Origin: Vitrella brassicaformis CCMP3155
Taxonomy: Eukaryota > Protista > Chromerida
Direction of reading: 5' to 3'
Assembly: GCA_001179505.1 (NCBI GenBank)
Contig: CDMY01000381.1
Location: forward strand, 28,179-92,178
Length of the DNA stretch: 64,000 bases
Below, in pieces: positions 22,561 to 36,101 of this stretch. The translations under genes and the position numbers were made by a program. Under the pieces are notes generated by a model. That model was not told where the DNA came from. It saw nothing but the letters and a program-made list of their open reading frames with translations, and searched no databases. Position 1 is the stretch's first letter. Each line of letters opens with the position of its first letter.

Positions 22561-24004
22561 AGGCCCGCCTCATGCACCTGGCGAGCTGTTCGCGGGGTAT
22601 GGAGACGAACGCCATTGGTTGACATAGCGAGGGCGTGGCGTCGTCGCTTCTTCGCCATCCGATGCCAGGTAGCAGGGTCTGTGCCGTTGTTGCAGCCGCA
22701 GGAGCCAAGATTCGAAGACTGGCAAGGGGAAAGCAAGAACCTCGCCATAATGTTTCTTCAGGCGTCTAAGAGCTAGGAGAGCCATATGAGCACAGTCGAT
22801 CGCAAAGTGGCACCTATATGTTGCCGTCTCCCGCAGCGCCTTTGCAGATCTGCCTTCTGCCCCCTTGCATTTTGCGTGTTGCATGTTCCATGTTGCCTGT
22901 TGCATGCAGGACAAACATGGGACCAGGCCGTCGGGCCGCCCAAGGCATTCCGTGAAACTGCTGCTGCAGCTCATCTGGTAAGCGAGGAGGCGATCACAAA
23001 CTACCGAGGTCCCTGACTTGAGCCGCAGCATCGTGCTGACTAGAACGGTCATCGACATAATTCCCCCGCTCTGATTTCGAATTCTTACTGGCGGCAAAAT
23101 GGATCTGCATTCCTTTATTCGTTCTCCTTTAACGGCACTATCTGCGTCTGAGCGCTCACGGCGCTTTAGCGTGATGCCCTAGTTGAGTCTTTGATCGATC
23201 GTAAATTCGACCTCCAGACGACCCGAAGCCTCGCTTCCCATACAATTGCGGACTCAGCAAATCCGAGAAATTGTCCCCGTGCAGTCCTATGGAAGTGCTT
23301 GCACTGAGTAAGGACAACATGTGCGCTGGAGTAGTAGGCAAGGGATGATGAATATGGCATATTCCTATGTGTAAATATCTATGACCATGGATACTACGCC
23401 ACAGGGCTATAGAGTCATCCCGGGACCTCGTTCATTCATTCATTACACCTCTTCTCCACTATTCCCCCCGCTTCCCTTCCCCGCTCCCCTGAGAGAAGAT
23501 AGAGTCGTATTACACTCTCGAGCATTCATCCCTCTGTGCCATTGGGTTCTGGGCTTGCAGCCTTCGAACTTAGGCCGCTGTGCCATTGCCTTCGAGCTTG
23601 CGCCGCTACGCCATTGGGTCCTCGGCCTGCACCCTTCGAACTTAGGCTGACTTTGTGCCTTGCCACCTCCCATTGCTGCACCTCTAGATCTCGAGAAGAA
23701 AATGCAGCTGTACCGTGCTCCCCCTGTAGTTCGTCCCTCTGTACCAAAAAGGTTGTGCACATGCCGCCCTGGGAGTTTGGCTGCTTTGAGCTTATGCTTT
23801 CGTCTCGCTTGGGGCCTTTTCTGTATTTGGCAGCATCTATATCGAGGTCTTCAGTTAAGTCTGTCTCTCTCCCCTGGCCATCGCTATTTGGTTCTGCATC
23901 CCTGGATGTGCATTGTGGATATTTCTTCGAAAACTCAGCGCTTCGCACTTTACCTTCTTCCACCATCTGAGGCGGGGTTTTTATTGCACACGCCAACCAA
24001 CTAT

Positions 24005-25150
24005 AGGCTTGCGCACAGAGACATTTATTGTACACACCAACTACAAGCGTGCACAGGCGAATAGATCGAAAATACGTTCATCGCACACACCAGCCAATAC
24101 AAGGGGGTGCAAGTGTGCGGACAAAACCATTCATTATACACACCGGCCAAGTACAGGTGTGCGCAGGTGAACGCATAAATATCTTCATTGCACACATGAA
24201 CCAACTGTAGGCGCACTTCTCACACAGACGCGTCAAATTGCAAACGGTATACGGGATAAATACCTCTGTACACACACAAGCGCATCCACGCGTACGCGTG
24301 GAGTTGAAGGCGTGTATATGATAAGAGTTTCTGTGCGAACACCTGCACCCACACGGATGCATCGAGTTGAAGGGAGTGTGTCTGTGCGCATACCTGCGCA
24401 TGCACGCGTCGACTTGCAGGGGGCGTATATGATGAATACCTCTGCGCGCATGTTTGGGTATGAACGTGTGGACTTGCAGACGGTATATAGGAGGAATGTC
24501 TCTGTGCGCACACCTGCATATGCACGGGTGCTTCGAGTAGGAGGGAGTGTCTCTGTTGGCAAGGTGTGTGTATACACGCAGGGACGTCCAAAGAGAACAT
24601 GGGATGAATGTATCTGTGCGCACATAAGCGCATGCACGCGTGGACTTTAAGGGGGTATCTCTGTCCGCAAACGTACGTATGCACACGTACGCGTGGAGTT
24701 AGAGGGGGTGTATGTGGTGAATGTAGCTGTGCGTACACCTGCACATATACGGATGCGTCGAGTTAGAGGGAGGGTATTTGTACGCATACCTGCGCATGCA
24801 CGTGTGGACTTGCAGACGGTATATGGGAGGAATGTCTCTATGTACACACCTGCGCACGGTATATGGGAGGAATGTCTCTGTGCGCACACCTGCACATGCA
24901 CGCGTCGACTTGCAGGGGGTATATATAGCTAAGGCCTCTGCGCGCATGTATGCGTATGAACGCGTGGACTTGCAGACTGTGCATGGGCTGAGTGCCTCTG
25001 TGCACACACCTGCAGATGCACGGGTGCGTCGAGTTAGAGGGAGTGTCTCTGTTGGCAAGGTGTGCTTATGCACGCAAGGACGTCCAAATGGAACATGGGA
25101 TGAATGTATCTGTGCGCACTGCACATGTACGGATGCGTGGAGTTGAAGGG
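24005..25150. repeat. ~60-bp satellite with orientation switch and ~500-bp higher-order repeat
   Basis: 24005-24210 is in plus orientation and 24220-25150 in minus. The block ending ...ggacgtccaaa..gaacatgggatgaatgtatctgtgcgcac occurs at ~24622 and ~25118. Confidence 0.85.
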
Positions 25151-26341
25151 AGTGTGGGAGTTATTGGATGACGTTCACAAGGACCTGAACCGCGTCATCA
25201 ACCAGCCCGATGTGGAGGAGCCAGACATCACCCGCAAGAAGCTCAGTGAGGGTAAACGAGAAGAGAAAGTGACTGCCAAAGCTGGTCCAGACACCTTGCT
25301 ATGCTTCCTACTGTGACTCACAAGTATACAAACTCATCCCCAATCAATGTTTAGCAACACTTGCAATGTCGGTGTTGTGTCCTCGACCATTATTGCAGTC
25401 GCTTGTTTCTCATGCAATAAGGTCTCTTCTCGCGCAAACGCAGCAACCACGCCGGCTACCCACCTCTGAGCTCTGAGTCGTGCGACATGCACAAACAGCT
25501 AGTCTGACCGCTTTCGTGTCTTCGTGTCTCTCTTTGGTGATAGAAGTGCAGCAGACCCTCAAGAGGGAGAGCATGTAAGAGATGGATGCTTGCATGAGGA
25601 ATGATGTACCTATGTACCTTGTCAGCGCCCTGCCAGTGAGAGAAGTCACCGTCGGGTAGATTCTTCAGCTTGCTGTCGGGATTCACCCGTCGATCCCTCC
25701 GCCTTGAGAAGGATGCTGGCTGAAGCCTTGGACCAACACCGTGACTACTTCATTCTTAGCACGTCACACACATAGGCGAAGAGCACACGTAACGATAAGT
25801 CATTTTTGTATGCTTTTTTGCGCCTGCTTATACTAGATCGAATTTGTAGAGCTGTAGAGCTTTTTGAAGAGTTGCACTCTCAGTCGCGGTCCCCGAGTGT
25901 TGCACAGACCACTGATTTCATGGGCATCTCTCTTAACGTCTATCGGGAGGCAGATCGATCGACGATAGATGCCTAGGGAATCCACACCTCCCTACACACA
26001 AACAGGCACACAAAAGGTGATCCTTCTGGTCTTAGATCGTTNNNNNNNNNNNNNNNNNNNNNNNNNNNNNNNNNNNNNNNNNNNNNNNNNNNNNNNNNNN
26101 NNNNNNNNNNNNNNNNNNNNNNNNNNNNNNNNNNNNNNNNNNNNNNNNNNNNNNNNNNNNNNNNNNNNNNNNNNNNNNNNNNNNNNNNNNNNNNNNNNNN
26201 NNNNNNNNNNNNNNNNNNNNNNNNNNNNNNNNNNNNNNNNNNNNNNNNNNNNNNNNNNNNNNNNNNNNNNNNNNNNNNNNNNNNNNNNNNNNNNNNNNNN
26301 NNNNNNNNNNNNNNNNNNNNNNNNNNNNNNNNNNNNNNNNN

Positions 26342-26556
26342 CGCCCATATTATGAATGTCTCTGTGCGCACACCTGTGCGAACACACGTCGACGTGGAGT
26401 GTGTGTATATGATATAGTGACTGCGCATGTGCGCGTCCACTTGGAATGTGCATATGATGAATGTCTGTGTGCGCACACCTGCGCAAGCACGTGTCCGCTT
26501 GGAGTGTGTGTATATATTGAATGTGTTGGTGTGCGCACACCTGCGCATGCACGCCT
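26342..26556 (-). repeat. ~60-bp satellite array (abuts gap)
   Basis: Three to four reverse units of gaatgtctctgtgcgcacacctgcgca..cacgtgtc.acttggagtgtgtgtatat. Confidence 0.9.
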
Positions 26557-26937
26557 TAACAGAAAGACGTTCTGTAGCCCTGCGACATAAGAAAGAGTGA
26601 TGCTTTGACACTGCCAGCACCTACCCGAACGTACCGGGGGGCGGTGTGCTGATGGAGTGCTGGATTGCAGGGGAAGCTTCTGTCGTCGAGGTGGAAGGGA
26701 ATTCTGCAGTCGAAGTCCCATAAGTGAGGCCCAAGAGGGCGAAGACAAACGCCACCAGCGCAGGCACCGCTCGCCAATTTCCGCTGGCAGCCATTTTCCT
26801 CTTCGCCCGTCGGGCCCCACTTGCCCCCCGCTGTCGATCTCACGGTGACCGGTCGACGATGCCATGATGATGTCATATTGAAGATCTAAGCATCGGCTGC
26901 CAACAAATGCAGCCCCTACAACGAGAATGAGATCATC

Positions 26938-27564
26938 GTGGCCCCCGTGTCGGTGCCCAAGCAGCAGAACGATCACGATGACGATGAAGTCGACGACTGG
27001 GGCAGCCCAGACAAGACACCCACTCCTTCTGCCAACGCCCTGCGTCCGATCCCCTGTGTGGCGTCTCCCAAGAGCATCGCCACTGACGGCGATGCCGAGG
27101 ACAGCCCGGCTGAGTCGAGCCAGGCGGCCGTGGTTGAGAGGGAGGGCGATGCAGAGGCGGACGATGGCGATGAGACGGCACTGTATCACGATGCTGACGA
27201 CGCCGAGGGGGAGCAGGGTGAGGGTGCAGCGGAGGCTGCTGCTGTGGAGAATGCGCTGCGTGACGATCTGTCGGAGGATTTCGAAGACAATGAGGGCACT
27301 GGAGCCGACTGTGAGGAGGGGGATCCTCATGATCATGACGTGGTGGATGGAGGGGAAGACGAAGAGGAGGAGGAGAATGAGGCCGAGGAGGGCATCGCTG
27401 ACCCTAAGGTTGCTGGAGACGTTGTCGATTCAGGTACGCATGACAAGGAAAATGGCACACGCCAAAGACGACGGAGCAGGGAATTCATTGGTCTGGCAGA
27501 TTCGGATAACGAGGACGACCTGCCTTACCAAGAGCTGCCGGCTTTTGGTCCGCATGCGCGTTGA
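26938..27564 (+). CDS. Acidic low-complexity ORF/exon (hypothetical, probably disrupted)
   Basis: 208-aa D/E-rich ORF with a possible donor (caggtacg) at ~27433; upstream frames contain stops. Confidence 0.45.
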   Translation: MAPVSVPKQQNDHDDDEVDDWGSPDKTPTPSANALRPIPCVASPKSIATDGDAEDSPAESSQAAVVEREGDAEADDGDETALYHDADDAEGEQGEGAAEAAAVENALRDDLSEDFEDNEGTGADCEEGDPHDHDVVDGGEDEEEEENEAEEGIADPKVAGDVVDSGTHDKENGTRQRRRSREFIGLADSDNEDDLPYQELPAFGPHAR

Positions 27565-30500
27565 TATAAGAACGCACGCATACACATTCCTTGTGTGCCT
27601 GTCCGGCTCCTTCAGCTGGTTTCGTCTCTCAAGAAGCCCTGAGGGTCCTCACTCATCACACGCAAAACACCTCACGGTGGGCGAGAAATTCACCGATCGC
27701 TCGAGGCACACACCATCCATTGCCTCTTCCGCTGTATGTGCGTGCAGGCTGAGTGAGATTGCAGAGCTTGCTGCGGCTGTCGCGGACTCTCCCTGCCCGG
27801 CCAGCGATGCCATCGTGCACCTCGGCAACCCCACTCCGTTCCAACGAACCCACTCCACAGAGGTGCCCTCATCCACATCGGGCAATGGCGAGGACACGCC
27901 TTCAAGCACCAGCACCAGAAGCGAGAGGGAGCAAACGTAGAAGGAGAGCTGAGACACATGCACTGCTGGGTGATCGCGTTGATACATCGGGCCGCATTAT
28001 TATGTCTGTATTATTGGGTGCCTGGGTGTAGTCAGTAGCTCCCTTCTTTGATTTGCTGGCAGACAATGGCCGGATTGATATTTGTGTGAAAGACAGTGCC
28101 GGAGACTGCGCGCGTGTGTGTGTGTGGTTGTTGCTGGGGGGCGACGCATCTATGTTGATAGGTGTGTGCGTGTGCCGTGGGTTGCATGCATACAAGGAGA
28201 CGGCGGTGGCAGTGCTTATTCATTGACGCATTTCGTTCACTCACCCGAGTGACTGACTCAAGGCGCCAATTTTCTGGTATGCATCGATGTGAACTTTCTT
28301 ATTTAAGTAGATACATGAACGGGCGACGAAGTTCGTCTAAGCATCAGTCGTATCAAGCAAGGAAAAGGGAACAATACATGTAGAAAACAATGGATTTAAG
28401 CGCTCGTTGGCTGCGAAAACATGTCGCACACTGCAAACAAGCGCGAGACATCCAACATGACACACACTTTCACGAAATCCAGGTCCAGCCAGCCACCTCA
28501 CAGCCCCGGAGCGGAGCTGGTGTGGGGCCTGTAAGGCCCGCGGCTGACGAAGTCCTCAGGAAACGCGTTGGCTCTCCATGGCCCTCTGGCGGCCGCCGCG
28601 CGCTGTGCACGACTCGCCACTTGAAACGCGTTGTGCTTCATCAACTCGACGGACAGAAGCTGGCTCCAATGGTTGATGATGCTCTCTCGAAAAGCTCTGT
28701 CCTCCTCCGTGGGAATCGATGTGGGGCGAGGCTTTCGCTTGGCGAGCATCTTGAGAAGTCCATGGTCTTCTCTCCCCATCTGCCGAATGTCTCCGCAGCA
28801 AGAGGCACGAAGCGGAAGCCGGCTGCTTGGGTGGTTGGTCTATACTTGTCGATCTTGTCTTTCTCCGCAAGCTGAGCCGCCTTGCCACCAGGAAGCTGTG
28901 CGCCATGCCGGTTGACTGTCCGGTGGAAGGGAATGGGGGAGTTGTCAGGGCGGCAGGGGTGGGCGACGGTGACGTCGAGCAAATAGTCGCTTCCGTCGAT
29001 CACACAATAGATGTCCATGCGCTGGTTGTTGGGGTTGTCGTCAGGCAGGGTGATGCCGAGGCTGTGCAGAGACACCTCCACATTGAAGGGAACATCTGCC
29101 TCAGCCAGGATGCGAACAAACAAATTGCGCATGTTGGTGTATCTCGTGACCCGCTCACGGCCGGTGTGACACACGTAGAAGTGATCGCCAAACTTGTCGA
29201 CCTCCCCGCCGCAGATGCATCGCTGCGAGACGGTTGCGTGCGGGAGGGCAATGCCGAGACACCCGGCGACGGCATGGCGATACTGGAAGTTGTTTAGTGT
29301 CTTGCTATCGCTGGAAGGGATTGCTGACAGCCAAACAGACGAAAGAGGCCCTTGGCAGCTCAAAAGACGGGCGCGGGCTGTGCTGTCGGGGGGGAGGGAG
29401 TTGAAGAGCTCGTTGAAGCGGAACTTATGCAGTTGATCGGTCAGGCGCTGCTGTAGCCGAACCTGCGGTCTCGAGATAAGGTCCTGGAGGGAGGGGAGGG
29501 AGAAGGAGGGGCCGACCACCTCAGAGATGGCAGCGAGGGCGGGGACTGCAGCTTGAAGCCAGGATAGATCCAGGAGAGCAGCGGGCCTACCCTGAGGCAT
29601 CCACGGTGCTTCTCGGAACCGGCTAGAGACATCAGATGCCGTCACACCGATCGAGCCCAGAAAAGCCGCACGGGCAATCGTGGATGCAGAGACAAGGCCA
29701 AAACCTTCCAGCCGAATGGGTAGCTGCACTTGTGTGGAGACCGAGGCGGGGAAGTCGCCGGGAAAGCGGAAGATGCGCCTGAATGCCGTGATAATGGCGG
29801 CGTCATGTCGCTCGGCGGCTGCCAGGGAGACATCGGATTCTGGGGGAAGGAGGTGCAACCAATAGTTCAGCCGGGGGGATGCACAATAGCGGAGAAGTAG
29901 GCCTGAGCCCTGTAATCCCTTCTGAGCAAAAGTCACGATTGCGTCGAGCAGCGGCTGGTGGCTGCTGGTGATCTTCTAGAGGCTGTGCTGGATGAAATAG
30001 TCGCCACCAAGTGGGCAGCCGAGGACAGTGATACCTTCAATGGAGCACTTGACGCTGGAAGCAGCGATGTCCGCCGGGATGTCGGAGTCTTGTTGCCAGC
30101 GGGGGCTTCATACAGCACTCTTGTCTCTCCGCACCCTCAACTTCTTCTCGGCCAGAAGCTGTTCGGCTCTGTCCACATACCCCATAACACGTGTCTCGTC
30201 CAGTTCACCATCGATGTCGTCCATGAACGCACTAACGAAGTCGTCGGGGAACTCCTCTTGCAGTTTGACGAGGGCGGGGTGGAGGCCCAGGCAAAAGAGG
30301 AAAGGGCCCGCCGCGTCGCCTTGCTGGGTGCCCTCCTGACTGAGAATTGTCTGTTCCTCCGTCCTTCATGCGATACCATAGTTCAGCCGGGGTGCCGTAG
30401 AACTGCCAGAAGAAATCGACAAGGGACGGCCACTTTGTGCCGAGCTCGTCGAGGATCGCCTGACGGTCGATGCTGTTGAAGGCGTTCTTGCAATCCAAAG

Positions 30501-33500
30501 TCACCAAGACCCGTCTACCGGAATCATCGCGGCGTGTCTCCATGTAGGTCTGACAGGCCCTAAAAGTCTTCTCTCCGCCTGCCGACGTACCGACCGCAAA
30601 CTGTAGGGGTGAGAAGTCGTCCTCAAAGGCCAGCTTGTTCTCCATACAAACTGCCTTCGTCACCCATCTCCAAAGCACATCACCCATAGCAATCGGCCGG
30701 ACACCACCGTTGTCTTTCATCAGAGCGAAAAGGCGGGCGGCCGAAAGAGTTATAGTGCAGCTGTCCGGCATATTACCAGCGAGCATCCGGCTGACAAGGG
30801 AGGGCAGGGGGAAGGTCTCGTCTTCTGCCGAGGCGTCACCCTCTCCCATGCAGGCACGAAGATGCTCATACCGCCATCCCGTGGGGCCGGCTGCGGAACC
30901 TCGCGGCGCCGTCTTGAGGGCAGCCAGTAGAACTCTGGGTGGGACCGTGAGAGGGACGGGCGGTCCATCCGGGCCGTTCTGGGGCTGCGGCTTTGTGGGG
31001 AGCGGAGCTGCAGGGTGTAGGTCCTTGAGCTGCTGGAGGGTCGCCGTCGCTGGAGCGACCTTGGCGGCCGTCAGCCGTCTTGCCGCACGTGACAGCTCCC
31101 CTTGTTTCACAAACCTCTCTGCCGCTCGCAACTTGATCTCCTCTAGGGATGGCTCTGGTACACCCTCCACTGGTCCGTCGCCACGTGGAGCGCAAACGTG
31201 GCGACCCTGCTTAGCAAAATTTCTGGACTCGTCGAGTAATCCTTGCCATTCTCCAGCCCAAAAACGCTTGAAGCGAGAACCCCACTTGCGGTGGCCGCCC
31301 GTCTTGCCGCGATTCATCGGGAAGAGCAGCATAGTCGGCAAGAAAATAGCTGTCAAGCAGCCGACATCCGAATCCTCCTCGTCCTTCGCGTACTTCTCGG
31401 TGGTATCCACCACCATCTTTAGCGAGTGGCGGACACATCCAGGGATGCGTGATATGGTGCGAACGCCCAGCTTAAAGTGGTCATCCCGTTGCTCGGCAGT
31501 GAGAGTGCGAAGATAATCAAGCCCACGCTGCGGGAAAATTCCTCTCGAGCCAAACCAGTGGGAGACGTGGGGCGGATCAGGTGGTGGACCAGAGGGAGGG
31601 GGAGGTCCTCCTCCGTTTGGGGGCGGCCCATTGCCGCCCGAGTCACNNNNNNNNNNNNNNNNNNNNNNNNNNNNNNNNNNNNNNNNNNNNNNNNNNNNNN
31701 NNNNNNNNNNNNNNNNNNNNNNNNNNNNNNNNNNNNNNNNNNNNNNNNNNNNNNNNNNNNNNNNNNNNNNNNNNNNNNNNNNNNNNNNNNNNNNNNNNNN
31801 NNNNNNNNNNNNNNNNNNNNNNNNNNNNNNNNNNNNNNNNNNNNNNNNNNNNNNNNNNNNNNNNNNNNNNNNNNNNNNNNNNNNNNNNNNNNNNNNNNNN
31901 NNNNNNNNNNNNNNNNNNNNNNNNNNNNNNNNNNNNNNNNNNNNNNGCCAGAAGAAATCGACAAAGGACGGCCACTTTATGCCGAGCTCGTCGAGGATCG
32001 ACTGACGGTCGATGCTGTTGAAGGCGTTCTTGCAATCCAAAGTCACCAAAACCCGTCTACCGGAATCATCGCGGCGTGTCTCCATGTAGGTCTGACAGGC
32101 CCTGAAAGTCTTCTCTCCGCCTGCCAACGTACCGACCGCAAACTGTAGAGGCGAGAAGTCCTCCTCAAAGGCAAGCTTGTTCTCCATACAAACTGCCTTC
32201 GTCACCCATCTCCAAAGCACATCACCCATAGCAATCGGCCGGACACCACCGTTGTCTTTCATCAGAGCGAAAAGGCGGGCGGCCGAAAGAGTTGTAGTGC
32301 AGCTGTCCGGCATGTTACCAGCGAGCATCCGGCTGACAAGGGAGGGCAGGGGGACGGTCTCGTCTTCTGCCGAGGCGTCACCCTCTCCCATGCAGGCACG
32401 AAGATGCTCATACCGCCATCCCGTGGGGCCGGCTGCGGAACCTCGCGGCGTCGTCTTGAGGGCAGCCAGTAGAACTCTGGGTGGGACCGTGAGAGGGACG
32501 GGCGGTCCATCCGGGCCGTTCTGGGGCTGCGGCTTTGTGGGAAGCGGAGCTGCAGGGTGTAGGTCCTTGAGCTGCTGGAGGGTCGCTGCCATCGCTGGAG
32601 CGACCTTGGCGGCCGTCAGCCGTCTTGCCGCATATGACAGCTCCCCTTGTTTCACAAACCTCTCTGCCGCTCGCAACTTGATCTCCTTTAGGGATGGCTC
32701 TGGTACACCCTCCACTGGTCCGTCGCCACGTGGAGCGCAAACGTGGCGACCCTGCTTAGCAAAATTTCTGGACTCGTCGAGTAATCCTTGCCATTCTCCA
32801 GCCCAAAAACGCTTGAAGCGAGAACCCCACTTGCGGTGGCCGCCCGTCTTGCCGCGATTCATCGGGAAGAGCAGCATAGTCGGCAAGAAAATAGCTGTCA
32901 AGCAGCCGACATCCGAATCCTCCTCGTCCTTCGCGTACTTCTCGGTGGTATCCACCACCATCTTTAGCGAGTGGCGGACACATCCAGGGATGCGTGATAT
33001 GGTGCGAACGCCCAGCTTAAAGTGGTCATCCCGTTGCTCGGCAGTGAGAGTGCGAAGATAATCAAGCCCACGCTGCGGGAAAATTCCTCTCGAGCGAAAC
33101 CAGTGGGAGACGTGGGGCGGATCAGGTGGTGGACCAGGGGGAGGGGGAGGTCCTCCTCCGTTTGGTGGCGGCCCATTGCCGCCCGAGTCACCATCTCCTG
33201 CCCCGCCATCTCCTGGGTCACCGGGTGACGGGCCGGGCGGCTGCGGGGGTACAAATCCACCCCTACCTCGAGCACCTCGGGCGCCTCGTGGAGCTCCACT
33301 TGCTCCTCTACCGCGACCCCTCCCCCGAGCTCGGCGCGTTGGCGGTACAGGCTGCGAAGCCCCTCCTTCACCGTCCCCGCCTCGACCTGTCATTTCTCGG
33401 GTATCCGGGGGCGTGTCTTGGGTGTCTGGAGGCGGAACGACTGTATCTCGGGTGATCGGAGGTGGTGGCGGTGGCGGTGGCGGGGGGGAAGGTGGAGGAG

Positions 33501-34679
33501 GCGGGGGTGGTGGTGGGGGTGGTGGGGACGACGGAGGAGGCGGTTGAGAGCCGCCCCCTGGGTTAGAACAGGGGGGCGGCGGGGGAAGGTCGGGCTCCGT
33601 TCGCTGTCGTCGCAACTCACGGGCCCGGCGGCCCCTCCCACTGGGTTGCCCCGCACCCCGCTGACGGAAGCATTGACCGCCACAGAAAGCCGTACATATC
33701 ATACATCTGCCAAAACCTCTGTTTCTGGCTGAGCGCTGGCGGACATCTGTCGGCGGCTGAGAGGGAGGCGTAGGGGCGCGGGATCATCGAGCCAAGCCGA
33801 GAAGATGTCTCCCGGGTCGCGAAGCCCTTCTGGAGGATCTGAGTTCTCCGGGTCAAAGCCCTCGCGTGCTGCGATCTCTGCCGCATCAGAGGGTCGGTGT
33901 TGAGGATGCTCTCTTGTGTCATCCCAAGCATCGAGGATGTCGTCCAACTCTCGAAGGCCCTCGGCGGGTCACAGTTGTCCGGGTCGTAGCCCTCGCGCGA
34001 TGTCATGTCAGCCAGAGCCCCAGGCCGATCGGGGGGAAGTGTGGGGCGATCGCTGCTATTCGGCCCCGCCGCCAAAGATGGATCTGCACCCGAGGATCCG
34101 CGGCGTTCGCGAGATATCAGCTCATCCAGAGTGAGTTGACCGCCGGCACCCGCCCTTCCCCTGCCCACTGTCAAATCGCGGTCCTCCGCCATATCCATCC
34201 GTCCACGTCCATCCATGGTGTCTCCCACTTCGTTCGTCCTATCGACTTCTTGGTCATCGCCCGTGGACGGGGCTGCATCACCATTGACCGAATCCATGTG
34301 GGTGTCCTGGTCATGTCGATTTTCCAGGCCACTGGACGCCACTTCCTCCTCCAAGTCCTCACATGTCGGTGCGGCCGCCCCCTCTTGCAAACGCCGGCGG
34401 GTGCGGCGTCGCCGTTGTCTATCGGTGCGACGCTGGCGTCGGATGGCCGAGCGAGGTGAGGTCCCTCGATTGGCGATGCCCGCCGGGGGAGAGGGAGGCG
34501 GTACGAGGCGGGTCGGTACATTGATGGCAGCGGGGGGACGTGTCTCCGATGGATTCCCGAGGCTGTCTGACGGGCCCGCAGCATGGCCATCATCTCTCGC
34601 GACTTCCATACAGGCGCACGGCCACGCGGCCCAGTCGCCTGCAACCTCCGCACCCGCTGCGGGTCACTCTCATCCAACG

Positions 34680-35170
34680 GTAGTAGGGACATGAAGTGGT
34701 TGCCAGCGTAGAAAATGAAGAGAATCGGTGGGGGGGGAGGGAAGGGCTCCAGGGCCGACCTGGGCCGCTGCACACGTCCGCCCTCGGGGTGAACTGTCTC
34801 ATGCTCGCGAAGCAAGAGCGGGACGGTGGGGTCTTCGAACTGTTCCTCGGCAAGGACGCAGAGGACGATGGAGGCTGCCGTCACGTTGGCCAGAGAGCGA
34901 ACGTCACACTCGGTAAGTGACGAATTCCGCCTGACGTCCAAGATGTGGTCGCGAGGTCTCGCGAAAAAGGCGTCCAATTGACCCGAAGCACGCCGCCGTT
35001 CAAGATCCCCTACCACTAGCCGGCGCAGTTCCGCTGGTCCGGGGATAGGGGTGGGAAGACGATCAGCCGGCCGTCCATTGAAGAGTCGAAGCCGCCCCAG
35101 ACGCAGCTTGCGAATCGCTGCCTCGAGCAGGCAGTTGTTGTTGGCACCATTCTTGTTAACAAAACGGAAT
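34680..35170 (-). other. OTU-like cysteine protease domain in CRE copy A
   Basis: NKNGANNNCLLEAA (Cys 35131-35133), LTECDVRSLANVTAASIVLCV, ILFIFYAGNHFMSLL (His 34696-34698), matching the OTU layout GDGNCLFRA...E..ALS....I.V...L.Y.G.HY.SL. Confidence 0.75.
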
Positions 35171-35559
35171 GTGATGCTGAAGCTGGCGGAATGAAGAAGG
35201 CCTCCCCGCTGTTGAAGTTGGGTGACAGGGGGAAGGCGAGGGGGGAAGACCATGCTGCGCAACGCAGCCGCTCGCATGGGGCTCTCGACGGCGATTGTCC
35301 CAAAGCAAGACGCGCCGTGTCCTCGGAGAGCTCACCGGTGCTCATCATGTCTCGGATCCGAGCGGCATTGTCGTCACGGGAGTAGCCGGTACCCAGCGGG
35401 CCAATCAGCAGGCCAAAGGTTCGCAGGAGGCACGTTATAGGTAGATGGAAGCGCTCCTCATAGAGGCGGCCCTCAGCAAATTATTCCCACGAGGAGGGAG
35501 GCCACCCCCACTCCCTCTCTAGCTCCAAGATGGCGGCATGCCAGGACTCCCCCGCGAAG

Positions 35560-36101
35560 GGACAATGAGCCTCATTCCGCGCCGTGCGAGAGTTGGCAGA
35601 CTCCTCGGCCTCCACACACGGCCCACAAACGAGTGAATTGCAGGCTCGACACGGCAGATGGCGGAACTCCTGGTCAAGTGGCCGTGGAAGAGAGCAACCC
35701 GGGCATACATGGTCACCAGAGGAGGGGGGAGAAAGCCGGAGTGGGTCGGGAGCGAGGACGAGAGCCGACACGTCGGAGACACCAAGAAGGCACTCCGGAC
35801 AAAAAGGGTCCCGGCAAGTTGGGCATTCGATGAGTGGTGGGGGAATTGCCGAAGGTGAGCCCGCCTGATGGAGGCTACACGCTCGCCCCTCAACATAGTC
35901 GGGAAGCCGAGCCCGCTGGGTTTCAGCGAGAGGGACAACGCAATAGATACAGCACCGATGAGACGCCCGGGCGGCCGCGGGAGGGTCCCGCGACGAGTCG
36001 CGCGGGAGAGAGGGCCAGTGGTCATGGAGACACACGATATCTCTCGCAGGGCGATCCTCCGCACAGAGCTGACACGTCTCGAAGGCAGAGTCCAAACTCA
36101 T
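35560..36101 (-). other. Two RING-like zinc-binding clusters at the CRE ORF N-terminus
   Basis: CQLC-x10-C(LH)...HRCCIYC...CPTCRDPF(CPEC) and CPGC-x14-CRAC-x4-CGPC-x17-CPF. Confidence 0.65.

Noticed and set aside
30635-34459. Long antisense ORFs over the CRE elements
   Set aside because: Shadow ORFs of GC-rich coding sequence, with no motifs.
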